This document shows positions 35,293-44,504 of a DNA stretch of 48,689 nt, one piece after another. A model generated the notes under the pieces. It saw only the letters and a program-made list of their open reading frames with translations. It searched no databases and had not been told where the DNA came from. The translations under genes and the position numbers were made by a program. The number at the start of each line of letters is the position of its first letter. Position 1 is the stretch's first letter. This stretch comes from Clostridia bacterium (lineage in GTDB: Bacteria; Bacillota; Clostridia; Oscillospirales; CAG-272): NCBI GenBank assembly GCA_017398145.1, contig JAFQHD010000214.1, forward strand, positions 1-48,689, in the 5' to 3' direction.

Positions 35293-37144
35293 CGTTGCCG
35301 TAATAGGCGCGGGCCACGCGGGAATAGAGGCAGGGCTTGCCGCGGCGAGGCTTGGTCTTGATACCCTCGTTTTTACCATAAATCTTGATGCGGTGGGCAA
35401 CCTGCCCTGTAATCCATCTATAGGAGGCACGGGCAAGGGTCAGCTTGTCCACGAGATAGACGCTATGGGCGGTGAGATGGGCAGAGCTGCCGATATGGTC
35501 ACACTCCAATCCCGTATTCTCAACAGAGGCAAGGGCCCCGCTGTTCATTCCTCCCGTATACAGGCAGACCGCCGTAAATATCAGGATATAATGAAAAAGA
35601 CCCTTGAGAACACCGAGAATCTAAAGCTCATACAGGCTGAGGTGGTTCGTATCGGCGCAGAGGGAGGTAAGGTCACCGAGGTAGAGACAGCCTTCGGTGC
35701 AATTTGGCAGGTAAAGGCGGTCATCGTCTCTACCGGTACATATCTTAACGGCAAGGTCATAACGGGAGATACCGAGTATACCTCGGGTCCCGACGGAATG
35801 CTTGCAGCAACTCGTCTTACAGAGTCTATGGAGAGGTTGGGAGTTCGCTTTATGCGCTTCAAGACGGGAACTCCCGCAAGAGTACACCGTGACTCTATAG
35901 ATTTTTCAGAGCTTGAGGTACAACAGGGTGACGAGGATATTCACCCGTATTCCTATTACACCGATGCAGAAGATTTTGCAAAAATAAAGCAGATACCCTG
36001 CCACGTAGTCTACACCAATGCAGACACACATAATATAATAAGAAGCAATCTTGACAAAAGCCCCCTTTATTCGGGAAAAATAAAGGGAACAGGCCCCAGA
36101 TACTGTCCTTCTATCGAGGACAAGGTTGTGCGCTTTGCGGATAAGGAGAGACACCAGCTCTTTATCGAGCCTATGGGTGCAGACACCAAGGAGATGTATA
36201 TTCAGGGATTTTCCTCCTCTATGCCCGAGGAGGTACAGATGCAGATGCTCCGTTCCCTTAAGGGATTTTCCAAGGCACAGGTAATGAGAACTGCATATGC
36301 TATAGAATATGACTGCATCGACCCGACACAGCTTTATCCTACACTTGAGTTTAAGGAAATAGAGGGGCTTTACGGTGCGGGACAGTTCAACGGTTCCTCG
36401 GGATACGAGGAGGCGGCGGCACAGGGTCTTGTGGCAGGTATCAACGCCGCACTTAAGATAAAGGGCGAGCCCGAGCTTATACTTCCCCGTTCAAGCTCAT
36501 ATATCGGAACGCTTATCGACGACCTTGTGACCAAGGGAACAAACGAGCCCTACCGCATGATGACCAGCCGCTCCGAATACAGACTGCTGTTGCGTCAGGA
36601 TAACGCAGACCAGAGATTATGCGACTACGGATACCGTGTGGGACTTCTCTCTGAAGAGAGATACAACGTAGTGAAAGAAAAGGAAAGAATGGTCAAAGAA
36701 GAGGTAGAAAGACTTGAGAGTATAAACGTCTCTCCCAAGGACGCCAATCCCCTGCTTGAAAAATACGAAACAACACCTGTAAAGTCGGGTGTGAAATTGG
36801 CAGAGCTTCTCCGCCGTCCTCAGCTTGATTATGAAAGCATTCTTCCCCTTGATCCCAACCGCCCCGAACTGCCCTATAAGGTAAGGGAAACCGCGGCGGT
36901 GGAGATAAAGTACGACGGATATATCCGCCGTCAGATATCCGAGGCAAAAAAGCAACAGGATCTTGAAGCAAAGCTTTTGCCCGAGGATATTGATTATAAT
37001 GAAATAAAGGGGCTTCGTCTTGAGGCAAGACAGAAGCTTAACGAAATAAGACCGAAGAACATCGGACAGGCATCGGGAATCTCGGGTGTCAGCCCTGCCG
37101 ACATTTCGGTGCTTATAATCACACTTTGGGGAGGCAGCAAATGA
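35267..37144 (+). CDS. mnmG: tRNA uridine 5-carboxymethylaminomethyl modification enzyme
   Basis: 625 aa. DVAVIGAGHAGIEA FAD motif, with MnmG/GidA conservation throughout (GPRYCPSIEDK). Confidence 0.97.
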   Translation: MSYQAGRADVAVIGAGHAGIEAGLAAARLGLDTLVFTINLDAVGNLPCNPSIGGTGKGQLVHEIDAMGGEMGRAADMVTLQSRILNRGKGPAVHSSRIQADRRKYQDIMKKTLENTENLKLIQAEVVRIGAEGGKVTEVETAFGAIWQVKAVIVSTGTYLNGKVITGDTEYTSGPDGMLAATRLTESMERLGVRFMRFKTGTPARVHRDSIDFSELEVQQGDEDIHPYSYYTDAEDFAKIKQIPCHVVYTNADTHNIIRSNLDKSPLYSGKIKGTGPRYCPSIEDKVVRFADKERHQLFIEPMGADTKEMYIQGFSSSMPEEVQMQMLRSLKGFSKAQVMRTAYAIEYDCIDPTQLYPTLEFKEIEGLYGAGQFNGSSGYEEAAAQGLVAGINAALKIKGEPELILPRSSSYIGTLIDDLVTKGTNEPYRMMTSRSEYRLLLRQDNADQRLCDYGYRVGLLSEERYNVVKEKERMVKEEVERLESINVSPKDANPLLEKYETTPVKSGVKLAELLRRPQLDYESILPLDPNRPELPYKVRETAAVEIKYDGYIRRQISEAKKQQDLEAKLLPEDIDYNEIKGLRLEARQKLNEIRPKNIGQASGISGVSPADISVLIITLWGGSK

Positions 37145-37857
37145 GCTTTAAAGAGATCTATCTTGAGATAATGACGAAAAACTTCCCCGACGGCAGATAT
37201 AATGAGTTTGCCGATAAGTTTGAAATACTCTATAACGAGCTTGTCAGCTATAACGAAAAGGTCAATCTTACCGCAGTTACCGATATGGCGGGAGCCTGTG
37301 CAAAGCATTTTGCGGATTCGTTGCTTATCGAGGAATATATCCCCCAAGGCTCAACCCTTTGCGACGTAGGCTGCGGCGGAGGTTTTCCAACTCTGCCCTT
37401 GGCTATCGTACGCTCCGACCTTGAGATAACCGCACTTGACTCTACCGAGAAAAAGCTGAAATTCGTTTCGCTTATGGCGGAAAAATTAAATTTGAATGTT
37501 GTTACTCTTGCGGCAAGAGCCGAGGAGGTAGGACAGAAGGCAGAGTATCGCGAGAGCTTTGACTGCGTTTGTGCAAGAGCTGTTGCAAGACTGAACATTC
37601 TCTCGGAATTATGTATTCCCCTTACCCGTGCGGGAGGAAAGTTCATCTCCTGCAAGGCGGCATTGGCGAAGGAGGAATTAAACGAGGCGCTTTCGGGTAT
37701 CGAAAAGTTAGGCGGTACACTTGAAATGGCAAAGGATACCGAGCTTATGACCGAAGGCGGGGAGCAGTCAAGAGCAGTTTTTGTTTTCTCAAAGAATTCT
37801 CCTACGCCTGCACAGTATCCCAGACACTATTCCAAAATTTCCAAAAAGCCCTTATAA
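37141..37857 (+). CDS. rsmG: 16S rRNA (guanine527-N7)-methyltransferase
   Basis: ATGA overlap with the mnmG stop. DVGCGGGFP SAM motif, in the conserved mnmG-rsmG arrangement. Confidence 0.92.
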   Translation: MSFKEIYLEIMTKNFPDGRYNEFADKFEILYNELVSYNEKVNLTAVTDMAGACAKHFADSLLIEEYIPQGSTLCDVGCGGGFPTLPLAIVRSDLEITALDSTEKKLKFVSLMAEKLNLNVVTLAARAEEVGQKAEYRESFDCVCARAVARLNILSELCIPLTRAGGKFISCKAALAKEELNEALSGIEKLGGTLEMAKDTELMTEGGEQSRAVFVFSKNSPTPAQYPRHYSKISKKPL

Positions 37858-37866
37858 AATTCAATC

Positions 37867-37895
37867 TTGAAAAATCAACGGTTTAATGATATAAT
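37867..37895 (+). promoter_or_regulatory. sigma-A promoter for the large surface protein gene
   Basis: TTGAAA (37867-37872), 17-nt spacer with TGn, TATAAT (37890-37895). Confidence 0.55.
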
Positions 37896-37940
37896 ATACT
37901 TACAATAATTAGAAATTAATAAAAGAAAGGATATATCACG

Positions 37941-40900
37941 ATGAAATTTAAGCGAATTTTGGCTATGCTTCTTCTTGTCCTTATGGTAGTTCCCTCCTTC
38001 AATATGTGGAGCTTTGCAGCGGACAGAGAAACAGGTGAAGTTACAGCAGACACGACCGCTGCTTCCACCATAGCCTCCAAGCTCAACGGTGAAACCTCAA
38101 GAACCTCAAGAACTCTTTATAACGGTGTTACCCGCACCACTATAAAGACCTCTTCCTCCTCAAAGTATGAGGTGGAGAGCTTTAACATTGTAGAATTTGA
38201 CCCTGCACAGTCTGATCTGTATGTTGACGTTACAAATACACAGACCTATGCCAACCAGACCAAGTCTACCCTGAATACGGTTACATCCTTTAATTCATCT
38301 AACGGTCAGGGCAAGACTGCTATTGCAGCTATCAACGGTGACCTGTGGATGACAAGCTATGCTCATTCCCGCGTAGAGGGCTCGGGTACCTCCTACGGCG
38401 GCTACTCGGATGCAGTCGTAACAAAGGCTCTCACCCTGCCCCGCGGCTTTAACGTATATAACGGGGAGATCGTATGCTCCGCTTATATGCAGCAGGAAAC
38501 ACCCTTTGAGGGCGAGTTCTGGTCCTTTGGTATGACTAACGACAGCGTTCCTATGATCGGCTGTCCCGAGCTTGACATCTCTATCACCAACAACTCCAGG
38601 GGCAGCACGATAGCGGCTGACGGTCTTAACAGACTTCCCGCCAATAACGCACTGGTTGTATACTCGGATAAGGGCTGTCTCAACAACTATGCACTTTCGG
38701 ATGCGTACGAGGTAGTTATAGATGTTTCTTCCGACTATACCGTTAAGCACGGTGCGTCTATAACAGGTACCGTTACAGGTATTTATTCCTCCTCTACTTC
38801 TACCAATCCTACAATGCAGGCTAACCGCATTATTCTTACCGCAAGAGGCACAAAGACCCTGCTTCTCAACAACTTTGCGGTAGGCAACTCCGTAACACTT
38901 AACTTCTCCGTTACCGAGCGTTACGGCAGAAACACCGCAGGCTGGCAGAACGTATACTGCGCGGTAGGCGGACATATGCCCTTTGTTGTTGACGGCGCAA
39001 AGTGGGAGACGGGTACCACTACCAACTATCCCTCTACCATCGTTGGTATCAAGAACGACGGTAAGGTAGTATTCATTACGGATGATCTGGGTACTACAGG
39101 CAGCCGCGGCGGTATGGATTTCAATGACTATTGGGATTTTGCCGACGATATGGACCTTAACACCGCTTTCATTCTTGACGGCGGCGGATCGACCACTATG
39201 GTTGAACTCGGCTCCTCCGGAAGCTACTCGGTTATCAACAATCCCACAGACGGTTCTGCAAGAAGCGTAGTAAACTCTGTTATTCTTTCCGCAGGTCCCA
39301 AGAAGACCAATATCGGCAAGTATGATCTTAAGTTCCCCGACGATACTATCGACCTTACCAACCTTTACTTTGCAACGGACGATGCGTTTATGCTGCTGAC
39401 AAACTTTGCTGAGAGTAAGATCGAAAAGACCGCTACGGGTGCAAAGATCAAGGTTGAGGATTTTCTTAACGGACCTACGGTATCTATAAGCTACGGTCTT
39501 CCCAACGGCACCAGTGCAAATGCCAATTCTGCACTTTCGGGTGAATATCATTATAATATTCCCACCTCCGACTATCCTTACCTTGTGCTTGATATGTCTT
39601 TAGTTACGGCGGATGCAAGCATAGTGCAGTTCCAGGCACTCTATCATACGTCGGGAAGCCGTAAGGGTGTCAGCACGACTACATTTATTGGCTTTAATAA
39701 TGCTAATAACAATACAGGATTCGGTAAGTATATTATCAATCCCGCTTCCAACACGGCATATACAGGCACGCTTAACACCTTCCGTCTGCAGTATCTGTTC
39801 CCCGCAAACGGAGTAACCGTCAAGAACGGTGACTACGTAATTCTCAGAAGCGCACGTCTTGCCTCCACACTTGACGAGGCAAATACATTAGCGGCGGCAT
39901 CCGCACCCTCTATGCAGACCGTTACCTTCAACGCTAACGGCGGCACCAACACTCAGGCTAAAAAATATGCCGTACGTAACAGCTATTACGGCTCTATGCC
40001 TACCCCTGTTCGTGCAGGCTATACCTTTGACGGATGGTATACCGCGGCAAGCGGCGGAACAAAGATCACCTCCGACAGCGTTGTTACCAACGTGTCCTCA
40101 AGAACGCTTTACGCTCATTGGAGCACCGATTCAAGCACACCGGATACCGGCAGCTATACTGTTACCTTTGACCCCAACGGCGGTACGCTTTCGGGTTCTG
40201 CTTCATACGGTATCTCCGTAGGTCAGACCTACAGCTCGGCTATCGGTTCTATGCCTTCAGCCACCAAGGAGGGCTATACTCTTACAGGCTGGTATAACGA
40301 AAAGTACGGTTATACTCTTAATATGAATGACACCTTCTCGGTAAACGAGAACGTGACCTTTAAAGCAGTATGGACGCTTAATGCAGGTGATTATCCTACG
40401 GGTACGTATTCCACCACCGCAAGCTGGCTTACCCTGCGTGCAGGTCCCGGCACCTCATATTCCTCCCTCGGCTCCGTTGCTCAGGGAACCGTTGTTGAGA
40501 TAACACAGGTAAGCGGCAGATGGGGCAACTGTATCTATAACGGTCAGAGCGTATGGCTCAGCCTCGCTTATGCAGAGCTTATCGAAGAGACCGAAACTGT
40601 ATACACACTTACCTTTAACGTAAACGGCGGTACGATGCCCTCCGGTTATTCCACCACCTACGAATTTCTGGCTGACGAAAAATTCGTTGACGTTATCGGC
40701 GGTTTCCCCGTTCCTACCAAGAGCGGATATGAGTTTGCAGGCTGGAAGAACACTCTTGCGGGAACCTCCGATATTTGGGACGACGGTTGGGGATCTCAGC
40801 CCTACACCTTCGGTGCAGATATAACCCTTAAGGCACAGTGGACTGCACATACTCACAGCTATACATCCTCTGTCACCAAGGCAGCGACCTGTACAGAGGC

Positions 40901-42371
40901 GGGTGTAAGAACATATAAGTGTTCCTGCGGTAACAGCTATACCGAAGCAATAGCAGCTCTCGGTCACAAGTACACCACAACTACAACTGATGCAACCTGT
41001 ACTGCGGCAGGCAAGACCGTAAAGACCTGCTCGAGATGTGGTGATACCGTAACGACTACCCTTCCCGCTCTCGGTCACGATTATAAGTCGGTTACCAAGG
41101 AGCCTACCTGTACCTCTGAGGGCGTAATAACCTATACCTGTCAGAGATGCGGTAACTCTTATACAGAGAGTATTCCCATGGCTGACCACAGCTTCGGTGC
41201 TTGGGTCGAGACCAAGGCTCCCACCACCACCGAGGTTGGTATCGAGACCAGAACCTGTACGGTATGCGGTGCTACCGAGACACAGGAAATTCCTATGCTT
41301 TCCGCAGACGCTCCTCTTATTGCAGGCGTTGATAACTATACCATAACTCTTAACGGTATCAATAATATAAAGGAAATACGCTTTGCCATCGGACACTATA
41401 CCACAGGCTCCGAGGTAAAGGCGGCAGAGAAGAACGTAACTATGGATGCCGCAACAGTAGCAAAGTACACCGCAGACGGTGTAATGACCTACAATCTTCC
41501 CTGGATGGGAGAATACACCTTCTGGGTAAGACTTAACGACGGAAGCTCCTACTTCCTCTATACAGAGATAAACGATATAACTCCTTACGTTGAGTCCTAC
41601 GGTGTTAAGATGACCGTAAAGGACTATGCTGAGAACTACAAGGATATGTGGCTGGCAGAGGGTACCTTTAACAGCTACAGTGAGATCAAGGCATCTACAG
41701 GCTTTAAGTATCAGGCATCCGCAAATAAGCTTGATCTTTATGCAAAGACCACACACGATTTCAGCTATACGATGACTAACCCCGGTCCTTATACCGTACT
41801 TATCAGATATAATGACGGTACTGCCGACGTGATCCACCATACTCTTACCGTTGACTATCCCGAGTTCAAGGAAAACGGATTACAGGTAACCGTAACCAAT
41901 ATTCCCGATATCAAGATCATCCGCACCGCATACGGACACTATGAATCTGTATCAGAGATCAAGGCGGCAACGGGAGTCCGTAACTTCTCCAATAAGAACG
42001 ATATAAAGAACGCAGAATCCTATATGATCCAGTACCGTGACGAGGGCGAGGTAACCCTTATCGTAGAGTACAACAACGGTTATAAGCACTTCTACTATTA
42101 TAATGTAGAGCAGAAGGTGCCTACTTATACTCTTGAGGGCGATACCATTACCTTCGGTGATCTTGACGACCTTTATATCATCAGATACGCTCCGGGCAAG
42201 TATACCACGGCTAACAATATAAAGAACGCACCCGGCTCACAGTACAAGAAGGCAGATTCTATTGATGCCAACGGCGAGATAGTCATCGACGGTCTTACCG
42301 CAGGCAGATGGTCCTTTATGGTACAGTACAACGATGAATCCTATAATTTCTATGTATTGGATATTGAATAA
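37941..42371 (+). CDS. 1476-aa secreted multidomain protein: phosphodiester glycosidase (NAGPA/DUF2233-like), Listeria-Bacteroides (Flg_new) repeats, SH3b, His/Cys modules, four ~88-aa C-terminal repeats
   Basis: Signal peptide present. AIAAINGDLW...AVGGHMPFVVDG...ILDGGGSTTMV matches the phosphodiester glycosidase pattern. VTFNANGGT...GYTFDGWYT type repeats occur three times. LTLRAGPGTSYSSLGSVAQGTVVEI is the SH3b domain. The Cys modules are at 40848-41295. Confidence 0.8.
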   Translation: MKFKRILAMLLLVLMVVPSFNMWSFAADRETGEVTADTTAASTIASKLNGETSRTSRTLYNGVTRTTIKTSSSSKYEVESFNIVEFDPAQSDLYVDVTNTQTYANQTKSTLNTVTSFNSSNGQGKTAIAAINGDLWMTSYAHSRVEGSGTSYGGYSDAVVTKALTLPRGFNVYNGEIVCSAYMQQETPFEGEFWSFGMTNDSVPMIGCPELDISITNNSRGSTIAADGLNRLPANNALVVYSDKGCLNNYALSDAYEVVIDVSSDYTVKHGASITGTVTGIYSSSTSTNPTMQANRIILTARGTKTLLLNNFAVGNSVTLNFSVTERYGRNTAGWQNVYCAVGGHMPFVVDGAKWETGTTTNYPSTIVGIKNDGKVVFITDDLGTTGSRGGMDFNDYWDFADDMDLNTAFILDGGGSTTMVELGSSGSYSVINNPTDGSARSVVNSVILSAGPKKTNIGKYDLKFPDDTIDLTNLYFATDDAFMLLTNFAESKIEKTATGAKIKVEDFLNGPTVSISYGLPNGTSANANSALSGEYHYNIPTSDYPYLVLDMSLVTADASIVQFQALYHTSGSRKGVSTTTFIGFNNANNNTGFGKYIINPASNTAYTGTLNTFRLQYLFPANGVTVKNGDYVILRSARLASTLDEANTLAAASAPSMQTVTFNANGGTNTQAKKYAVRNSYYGSMPTPVRAGYTFDGWYTAASGGTKITSDSVVTNVSSRTLYAHWSTDSSTPDTGSYTVTFDPNGGTLSGSASYGISVGQTYSSAIGSMPSATKEGYTLTGWYNEKYGYTLNMNDTFSVNENVTFKAVWTLNAGDYPTGTYSTTASWLTLRAGPGTSYSSLGSVAQGTVVEITQVSGRWGNCIYNGQSVWLSLAYAELIEETETVYTLTFNVNGGTMPSGYSTTYEFLADEKFVDVIGGFPVPTKSGYEFAGWKNTLAGTSDIWDDGWGSQPYTFGADITLKAQWTAHTHSYTSSVTKAATCTEAGVRTYKCSCGNSYTEAIAALGHKYTTTTTDATCTAAGKTVKTCSRCGDTVTTTLPALGHDYKSVTKEPTCTSEGVITYTCQRCGNSYTESIPMADHSFGAWVETKAPTTTEVGIETRTCTVCGATETQEIPMLSADAPLIAGVDNYTITLNGINNIKEIRFAIGHYTTGSEVKAAEKNVTMDAATVAKYTADGVMTYNLPWMGEYTFWVRLNDGSSYFLYTEINDITPYVESYGVKMTVKDYAENYKDMWLAEGTFNSYSEIKASTGFKYQASANKLDLYAKTTHDFSYTMTNPGPYTVLIRYNDGTADVIHHTLTVDYPEFKENGLQVTVTNIPDIKIIRTAYGHYESVSEIKAATGVRNFSNKNDIKNAESYMIQYRDEGEVTLIVEYNNGYKHFYYYNVEQKVPTYTLEGDTITFGDLDDLYIIRYAPGKYTTANNIKNAPGSQYKKADSIDANGEIVIDGLTAGRWSFMVQYNDESYNFYVLDIE
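41187..41278 (+). repeat. 92-nt tract identical to 48461-48552
   Basis: Base-by-base comparison of cacagcttcggtgcttgggtcgag...ggtgctaccga shows no mismatches, while the flanks diverge. Confidence 0.9.
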
Positions 42372-42392
42372 CTTGAACTAAACAAACATAAG

Positions 42393-42418
42393 AAAAAAGC
42401 ACCGAAAGGTGCTTTTTT
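42393..42418. terminator. bidirectional rho-independent terminator
   Basis: aaaaaagcacc-gaaa-ggtgctttttt. Confidence 0.8.
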
Positions 42419-42423
42419 CTATT

Positions 42424-43686
42424 CTATTTAATGGGCAACTGTACTATGATCCTGAATGAATCGAGTTCATCGGTAACGGCAGAGATCTTTCCGTTATGAG
42501 CGTTAACTATCGCCTTTGCCATAGACAATCCTATACCGTGACCTCCCGTTTCGGAATTACGCGAGATGTCCGTACGGTAAAACCTTTCAAAAATATGTTC
42601 GGTTTCAATTTTTGATATCGGGCAGACAGTCTTGTTTTCAACACTAAAGATCAGATGCTTGCCCTGTTTTGAAAGAGAGACTCGGATAACGCTGTTTTCG
42701 GGAGAGTATTTCAAGGCGTTTTCCATTAGTATCGAGGTTAACTGCTGTATGGAACGGCTGTTACCGGTAAATGAAAGAGAGGGAGTAATGTCGATCTCCG
42801 TTTTTTTATTCTGGGCAGAGGCGGCAGAACAAAAGGGATATACCGCTTCGGATATGATATCGGATACAGGAAATTCCGTTATTGTGAGAGAGCCCTCAGC
42901 CTCCTCCATACGGGACAGATACACAAGGTTGTTCGTCATATCGGTAAGCCGTGCCACCTGATGCTTAATTTCCTCGACAGATTCATATGCATCCGTATCC
43001 ATCTCTATCAACTCGATGTTTGCATTTATTATTGTGAGAGGGGTCTTAAGCTCGTGACCTGCGTTTGTTATAAAGCGCTTTTGTCTGACGTAGCTTTCTG
43101 CTATAGGCTTTGTAAGTCTGTGCGAATAAAAGATTATAGCTATCGAAATCACGATATAGCCGCACAGACCTACGAGCAGGCTTATTAACAGGAATCTGCC
43201 GCAGGCTGAAAGCTCTCTGTCTATATTCATAAGGGTTATGAGAGTACCGTAGTCAGCGTTATCGGTGTGATATCGAAATATTCCAACACTTCCTTTATTC
43301 ATATCCTCTTTATAGGCAAGCAGAGCATATTTTACTGCACTTTCCTCGCTTAGCCAAGGTATATGATCACGGTCGGTTTCCAGCACTTCTCCGTTTGGAG
43401 ATATTATCGCGGAATAGTATTCATCCACCATAAAGGTATCCGGAATCTTTGATTTGTTTCGCTTCTCCTTCTCCCCCCTCGGACGTTTATGCTCGGGAGG
43501 CAATTCAGCGTTTTCTACGGGATCATCAAGCTTGCTTTCGTGCAAAAATATATTAAGCGCCTTGTCTGTATCGGAAATAACGTAGTTATAGTTGACTATA
43601 TTTGCCGTTACGGTTATAAGTGCCAGAAGCAGGAACATAGATATCATCGCAAGGGCGATGAAACGGTTTTTAAGTTTCTTTATCAA
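42424..43686 (-). CDS. sensor histidine kinase (two TM segments, HisKA + HATPase_c)
   Basis: H-box GHELKTPLT and G-box GGHGIGLSMAKAIV. The likely start is TTG at 43686 (GGAGG RBS), overlapping the regulator's 3' end by 17 nt. The start position is uncertain. Confidence 0.8.
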   Translation of the reverse strand: MIKKLKNRFIALAMISMFLLLALITVTANIVNYNYVISDTDKALNIFLHESKLDDPVENAELPPEHKRPRGEKEKRNKSKIPDTFMVDEYYSAIISPNGEVLETDRDHIPWLSEESAVKYALLAYKEDMNKGSVGIFRYHTDNADYGTLITLMNIDRELSACGRFLLISLLVGLCGYIVISIAIIFYSHRLTKPIAESYVRQKRFITNAGHELKTPLTIINANIELIEMDTDAYESVEEIKHQVARLTDMTNNLVYLSRMEEAEGSLTITEFPVSDIISEAVYPFCSAASAQNKKTEIDITPSLSFTGNSRSIQQLTSILMENALKYSPENSVIRVSLSKQGKHLIFSVENKTVCPISKIETEHIFERFYRTDISRNSETGGHGIGLSMAKAIVNAHNGKISAVTDELDSFRIIVQLPIK

Positions 43687-44353
43687 TTTTCTCCTCCAGA
43701 GAATAGCCGGCGTTTCTTGAAGCCTTGATATAGATATCCGCATTAAGAGCAGTTAGTTTTTTTCGCAGATATGAGATATATACCCATACTACGTTTATTT
43801 CCGCATCGCTGTCGAATCCCCATATGCGCTCCATAAACTTTTCGGTGGATACGAGGTGATGAGGGTTGGACATAAGCATTTCCAACATCTGATATTCTTT
43901 ATTTGCCAGTCGGAAGCTTCCGTGAGGTGAGGATAACTCGTAGGTGGCACGGTTGAGTGTAATATTACCTGCTTTTATAAGAGAATCCGTCACGCTGCCG
44001 CTTCTTGTCATTGCTCTTATCCTCGCCATAAGCTCTTTTGAATTAAAGGGCTTGGTGAGATAATCATTTGCACCGCTGTCAAGTCCCCTGACCTTATCGT
44101 CTATCTCGCTTTTTGCACTGAGCAGGAGAACGGGCACTGTGTAACCAAGCTCCCGCATCTTTCTGAGGGTACTCAATCCGTCCATACAGGGCATCATTAT
44201 ATCAAGTATGCAGGCATCGTAATTTTCTGTTTTAAGATAAGTCAGAAAATCCTCACCGTTATAGACCGCATCTACGGAATAATTGTTTTTTTCAAACAGT
44301 TTTACCAAAGCCCTTGTCAGGGCTTTTTCATCTTCTGCCAATAATATCCTCAT
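43670..44353 (-). CDS. OmpR-family response regulator
   Basis: MRILLAEDE start, receiver residues DIMMP and a conserved Lys, and a C-terminal winged helix (VYISYLRKK...RNAGYSL). Start set at the ATG at 44353. Confidence 0.9.
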   Translation of the reverse strand: MRILLAEDEKALTRALVKLFEKNNYSVDAVYNGEDFLTYLKTENYDACILDIMMPCMDGLSTLRKMRELGYTVPVLLLSAKSEIDDKVRGLDSGANDYLTKPFNSKELMARIRAMTRSGSVTDSLIKAGNITLNRATYELSSPHGSFRLANKEYQMLEMLMSNPHHLVSTEKFMERIWGFDSDAEINVVWVYISYLRKKLTALNADIYIKASRNAGYSLEEKIDKET

Positions 44354-44504
44354 AGCAACCTCTTCGTATAATAAGTCCATTATATCATAATTTTCAGTAT
44401 TACGCAAATTATAACACTCAAAGATTAAATCAACTAAAAAATCCACAACATTTATGGTAGGTTTAAGCTATAAATTTTATAATATAACAAAAAGAGGTGA
44501 GCCT

